DNA from: the human T2T-CHM13v2.0 reference genome, Homo sapiens
Assembly: GCF_009914755.1 (NCBI RefSeq)
Contig: NC_060931.1
DNA length: 64,000 nucleotides
Direction: 5' to 3' (one strand)
Both the position numbers and the translations under genes were made by a program. Position 1 is the first letter of the stretch, and every line of letters starts with the position of its first letter. Below are positions 59,181 through 64,000 of the stretch, piece by piece. Under the pieces are notes generated by a model. It saw only the letters and a list, made by a program, of their open reading frames with translations. It was not told the origin of the DNA and did no database searches.

Positions 59181-60957
59181 CCGAGGCCACAGGTTCTGTC
59201 CCAGATGTTCTCAGCACCATTTTAGCGACAAGGGCAGCTATGAAAATGGCCCAGCTGCAGAAAGTCATTCCTCACGAAGAAATGGGTGTGCAGAGAATAC
59301 AGTCAGCACCATTTATAGCCCCATGTCCCCAACCTTAGCCTTTGCACGGTTGGCTGGGCCACAGCAAGGGGCTCAGCAGCAAAATATCCTTGAATCAATA
59401 CTGCTGCTTGACAGCATCTCCAGCCCCGCGCCCGTGTGTGCTAACTTGCTAGGGGGCAGGGCGCACTCTGCCGCTTTGGCTTAGTTCTCCCATGTCCCTT
59501 GATTCAGTGGTGTGACCAGAGGGGAGACTGCCTGTGGTGAAAAGGACAAGGAGATTTGCATCTCTGGCCTCCTGTGGAGACCCGATCTGCCGTCCTGGTG
59601 GGCAGCAGGTGTGAGCGCCTGCCATTGTCCCTAATGGTTATTACAAGTGATAAGCAGGACAAATGTGAAGTCATCTCTCCTGCTGGCAGGTCAGAGGGGG
59701 CTGGATTTAGAGCCCCTAGGAGACTAGGAAATTAGATGGTCAGTACCCACCGTGGAGGTTGTAGCAACTCCAGGCTCCAGAGATCCTGGACAGGGGTGAT
59801 TCCAGATGTAGACTCATACTTGAAAGGCATCAAGAGCATCCATTGTTAGGACGGAGGTACAGCAGTAATTAGTGCAGAGTGCTAATAGAGGAACAGAAGG
59901 TAGGAAGGAGGCCCCAGCGAAAGGCAGCCGGGGGATTCGGTTTCCTCTAGGTCCAGAACCGTGGGCTGAGATTTCACAAAGGAGAAGTGAGGGAAGCCCT
60001 GCTGGTTTCTCATTAAGCCCCTTGGCCTTTGCTCATTCTTCGTGGGCTCCAATGGAGGGTGGACCCTGTGGCTTCTTCACTTTGCTCTCTGACCTCTTCA
60101 GCCCCTTCTCTGCTCTCTTCTCTGCTTGTCCTAGGACTGCTGTCTGCAGGCACAGATGCCCCCCGTTGAGCCACGCAGGTTTCTGTGAATCTGAGGTTCT
60201 AACTCCCTGCTGCCACTCTCTGGCTCCCACGTCTTCCCTGCCTGACACTCCCCTCCCTTCCATCCATCACCCTCCTCTCTCCTAAGAGTGCTCTCTGAAT
60301 CTTATTGCCTTTTTATGTCTCTCTTGGGTTCTTCCTCCTGCCCTCTCCCTGAGCATGGTTTTCCTTTTTTGGAGCATCCCACAGCTCATGCCATTAATGG
60401 AGTCATAATAGCCACGGTTGGCTTTTCCCGAGCAAACAGACTTCTGTGGGCTGCAGAGGACACAGACCCCCACTGGTGGCTCGAAACACCCCTCCTGCAG
60501 GCAGTTCACAGGCTGGACCTTTAAGGTTCCCACCAGCCAGGCCACACATTGGTTCCTCCATATTTGTACAAAAAGATGTGAGCCAGGAGCAGTAGGCAAA
60601 GCCCTCTACCTTGGGGGGAAAAAAAAAAGTTGGTCTGGAGGATAATGGAAATTCGCATGGGGCGAGGGCTCTGAGAGCAGCATCCATGCCCCATGGGGTA
60701 GAGGGCAAGACAGTGACTGTCCGGGGGCCTTTTCAGGGTCGCTTGGTGAAACACACCCTATATGAATGTGTTGGGAGAACCTAAAGCAGAAGGGAGAGAC
60801 ATAGAGCAAAATCAGAGCGAGGGTCCCCCCACCTCTTCACTCTGGCTCTGGGAAGAGACTGCTGGAGGATTCTCCACAGCACAGCTCACTCACCCATCCA
60901 TTTGCTCACCAAGTACTTACTAAGCTTCTCTCCAGGTAGCTAAAGACACAGAACATG

Positions 60958-61411
<454 letters not shown>

Positions 61412-61556
61412 TTACTCTAGGAAATAATACACTTTCCTAAATTTTAAGATGGTTTAGGAAAAAGAAATACACAAAGAAACACACATTCACAGATAAATGT
61501 GGAGAAATGTTCATCATTGTCGGATGCTGGTGAAGGGTGATGGCTGTGTCAGGATT

Positions 61557-61703
61557 ATTCTAGGTACTAGATCCATATCATCAGCATTGATTCTGGGTAC
61601 TAGATGTATATCATCAGTGCTGATTCTAGGTACTAGATCCATATCATCAGTGCTGATTCTAGGTACTAGATCCATATCATCAGTGCTGATTCTAGGTACG
61701 AGA
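61557..61703. repeat. 33-bp minisatellite, ~4.5 copies (ATTCTAGGTACTAGATCCATATCATCAGTGCTG)
   Basis: Units start at 61557, 61590, 61623, 61656 and 61689. Confidence 0.97.
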
Positions 61704-61980
61704 AACATCAGTGAACAAAACCAGCAAAAGGTCCCTGCCCTTGTGGTGCTCACCTTCTAGTGGTGAGAAGAGACAAGGAGAATTAATGAGTAAAATGGGA
61801 TCTGTTGGAAGGGGGTTGGGAGTGCTGGAGTGGGAAGGCGCCATTTGAAATAGGAGGACAGGAGGCATCTCCCTGTGAAAGGGGCGTGTGAGCCAAGACT
61901 TAAAGGGAACAGGAGGCTGTGCGCTGCAGAGCACTCCAGGCAGAGGGAGAAGCCAGCACAAAGAACCTGGGTATAGTGTG
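61690..61980 (-). mobile_element. L2 fragment
   Basis: CAGTGAACAAAAC..GTCCCTGCCCT..CCTTCTAGTGG and TCCAGGCAGAGGGAGAAGCCAG. Confidence 0.7.
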
Positions 61981-62329
61981 CCTGGGGCTTTTATCCAGAA
62001 TGTCGAGTGTCCTGTGAATTCCACTTTCCAGCGATCCACCTTTCATCCCCCATTTGCTGTTCGGCGGGCCTAGCCTTGGAAATGACCTTGCATGCTTGAG
62101 GACACCCTTTGGATTTAAGCTGCACGGGCTGGACCTGTGGCAGCCCTCTAGAGTGCATGCATTCAGAGCTGTTGGCCTGGCTCCGTCACCTTTGTGATTC
62201 GGTACATCATTCTCTCCACACACAAGATCTTTCCTGCCCCAGTGTCAAGGGCGATAACCACGATGAGGAGAAAGCACGAGGCTAGGAATAAGACCATGTG
62301 CATATGGACCCACATCCTCCATCCCATCT

Positions 62330-62490
62330 GATTCAGCGGGGTGACCTCAGCCAACCACTTGGCTTTTCTTAGCCTCAGCGTTCCTCCTCTGTAAAATGGG
62401 AGTAGGTGCAACTTCCTCCCAGAAAGGTTAAGAAGATGAGATGAAAGTGAGCAAAGGCAGATTGTGAGCTGCACATTGCGGAAACTGTTA
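62330..62490 (+). mobile_element. MIR fragment
   Basis: GTGACCT..GCCTCAGCGTTCCTCCTCTGTAAAATGGG. Confidence 0.7.
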
Positions 62491-63864
62491 GCTCTCTAGA
62501 CATTCTTGGTCTCTGAGCAGCTTAGTGTTGGGGGCTGGGGTTAGCAGACATGGTCCTTGGTTGCTGGTCTCCTGCTGAGTAACCGGAGCCTTGAAGTGAG
62601 TCACAGAGCCTTATACCCCTTCACCATCTGTAAAGAGGGAGTCACCACTTAGTGACGTCTGCTGTGTCATCCACCTCTGAGAGTGGGATTCCAAGAACCA
62701 GAGTACCGAGTGCCTTATGAATTCCACTCTGCGAAAAAATTAATAGTACCTTGGGGTCTTTCATGCCACGTTAGAGGTTGGCTTCTGCTGCAGGCTAGCC
62801 AGGCATTGCTCGACAGGGCATCTTGTTTGAGCTCCTCTTCATGTCTGAACCACAAAGGCACAAGCCCTTTCAAGGACATGACATTCAGATGTGCCTCTCC
62901 TGTGTGTCCTCTCAACTTTGTGACTTACCCCCTTGGCTGCCAGTGAGGCCTTCTGAACATTGTGAAGGCAGAGAGGGCTTTATAGCAATCAGGCTACTCT
63001 TTGGAAATTGTGCTGCCTTTTAGTGGAGATAGGTTAGCTCCTGCAAATCCTCGAGGCCATGGTGAGCAGCCAGCCCCTCCCCACAGCCCGTCCCAGGCCT
63101 TGAAGGGCTTCATCTGAGGACCCGAAGGCCTGGGTTCCTAAGCTCTCCCTGAGCACCATTTGGGCAAGTCATACACAGAGAGGGAGAGGAAACGAGTTTT
63201 AGGAGTTCTTAGCTGGGTTGTTCCCATCTCTAGGTGGCCTGGCAGTGGGAAGGAGAGAGGTGAGAAGAGCATTGTTTATCAGGTACTGTCAGAGGACTAT
63301 TCCTGGAAAACACTGCTGAATCTTCTAGAAGGGGTGATTTGTGTTCTTTCCATATTGGCAGGTTTTCATTTCCCTGCTTAACATGACTAAGGACTGCAGG
63401 ACCTGTGCATGCTGTTAGGTAACTCTGGCCCCAAGATGGACCCTAGGAGAGACTTTGACACACAATTGATGATGTGCCAGGTGGATAGAAGTGGAAGTGC
63501 AGAGCACCCAGGCACTTTCAGCCAATTAGTCTGGAAATGACATCCAAGAGGCAGAGAGGTACTGGCTGTGCTGCCTCCATTCGTGTGTTTGCCTCTGGAG
63601 CAAAATCAGGCTGGGCTGCTCTCTGTAGGGATCATGCCAAGGATTTGGCAGCTCTCTGGAAGAAGGAGTGATTTGGCCAAGTAGATGTGGGCCTCTTATG
63701 TCTCCGGCAGGTCTTCAGACTCAAATTCTTAAGAGACCAAATGACATCTTGCCTAGGCTATCAGGCAGCACCATTGCAGAGAGGCATGGATGAAGCTGTG
63801 TCACGAGGAGTGGCCCGGGCAAGGTGTGAGATGGTGGCTTCACTTCCTTTCACAAACTCTAAGG

Positions 63865-64000
63865 CAGCATGTTCTCCAGGTGTGGTCCCTCACCAGCAGC
63901 ATCGCCACCTGGGAACTAAATCAGAAACTCTGGGAGTGGGGCCCAGAGAGCTGTGTTGCAGCCAGTCCTCTAGGTGATGTTGGTGTGCTTTCAGAACCAC
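63865..64000. mobile_element. MER5A with internal deletion, running to window end
   Basis: GTGTGGTCCC..ACCAGCAGCATC, AATCAGAAACTCTGG, TTTCAGAACCAC. Confidence 0.8.

Noticed and set aside
59445-59462. CTCF-like TTGCTAGGGGGCAG (also ACAGAGGTGGCAC at ~6109)
   Set aside because: Lacks the 5' CC of the core; cannot be supported without PWM scoring or ChIP data
61557-61703. Regularly spaced ~33-bp repeats (CRISPR-like at a glance)
   Set aside because: Head-to-tail with no unique spacers, eukaryotic context, no cas genes: a minisatellite

Overview
Primate (almost certainly human) euchromatic genomic DNA. I find no supportable protein-coding exon, RNA gene or CRISPR array. The window holds about 24 Alu elements or monomers (many with visible target-site duplications), old L1, L2 and MIR fragments, LTRs, hAT/mariner MITEs, microsatellites, a 33-bp minisatellite and one CpG island (~23.5-24.4 kb). 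Several transposon-poor, TAAT-rich blocks look like developmental enhancers. The three large L1 fragments and most Alus lie on the minus strand, as expected inside an intron of a + strand gene. From unverified memory of the sequence near 1540-1740, this is probably the large intron 5 of AUTS2 (7q11.22); BLAT would settle it. The supplied ORFs are explained by Alu/L1 sequence, simple repeats, GC-rich DNA or chance. I see no new multi-gene system. The most notable observations are an intragenic CpG-island promoter, an exact 26-bp copy apparently templated into an LTR from 1.5 kb away, a perfect 15-bp inverted repeat upstream of the island, a posterior-HOX motif cluster, an L2-derived VNTR and several nested transposon insertions. 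Repeat family names come from recalled consensus sequences, not from a RepeatMasker run.
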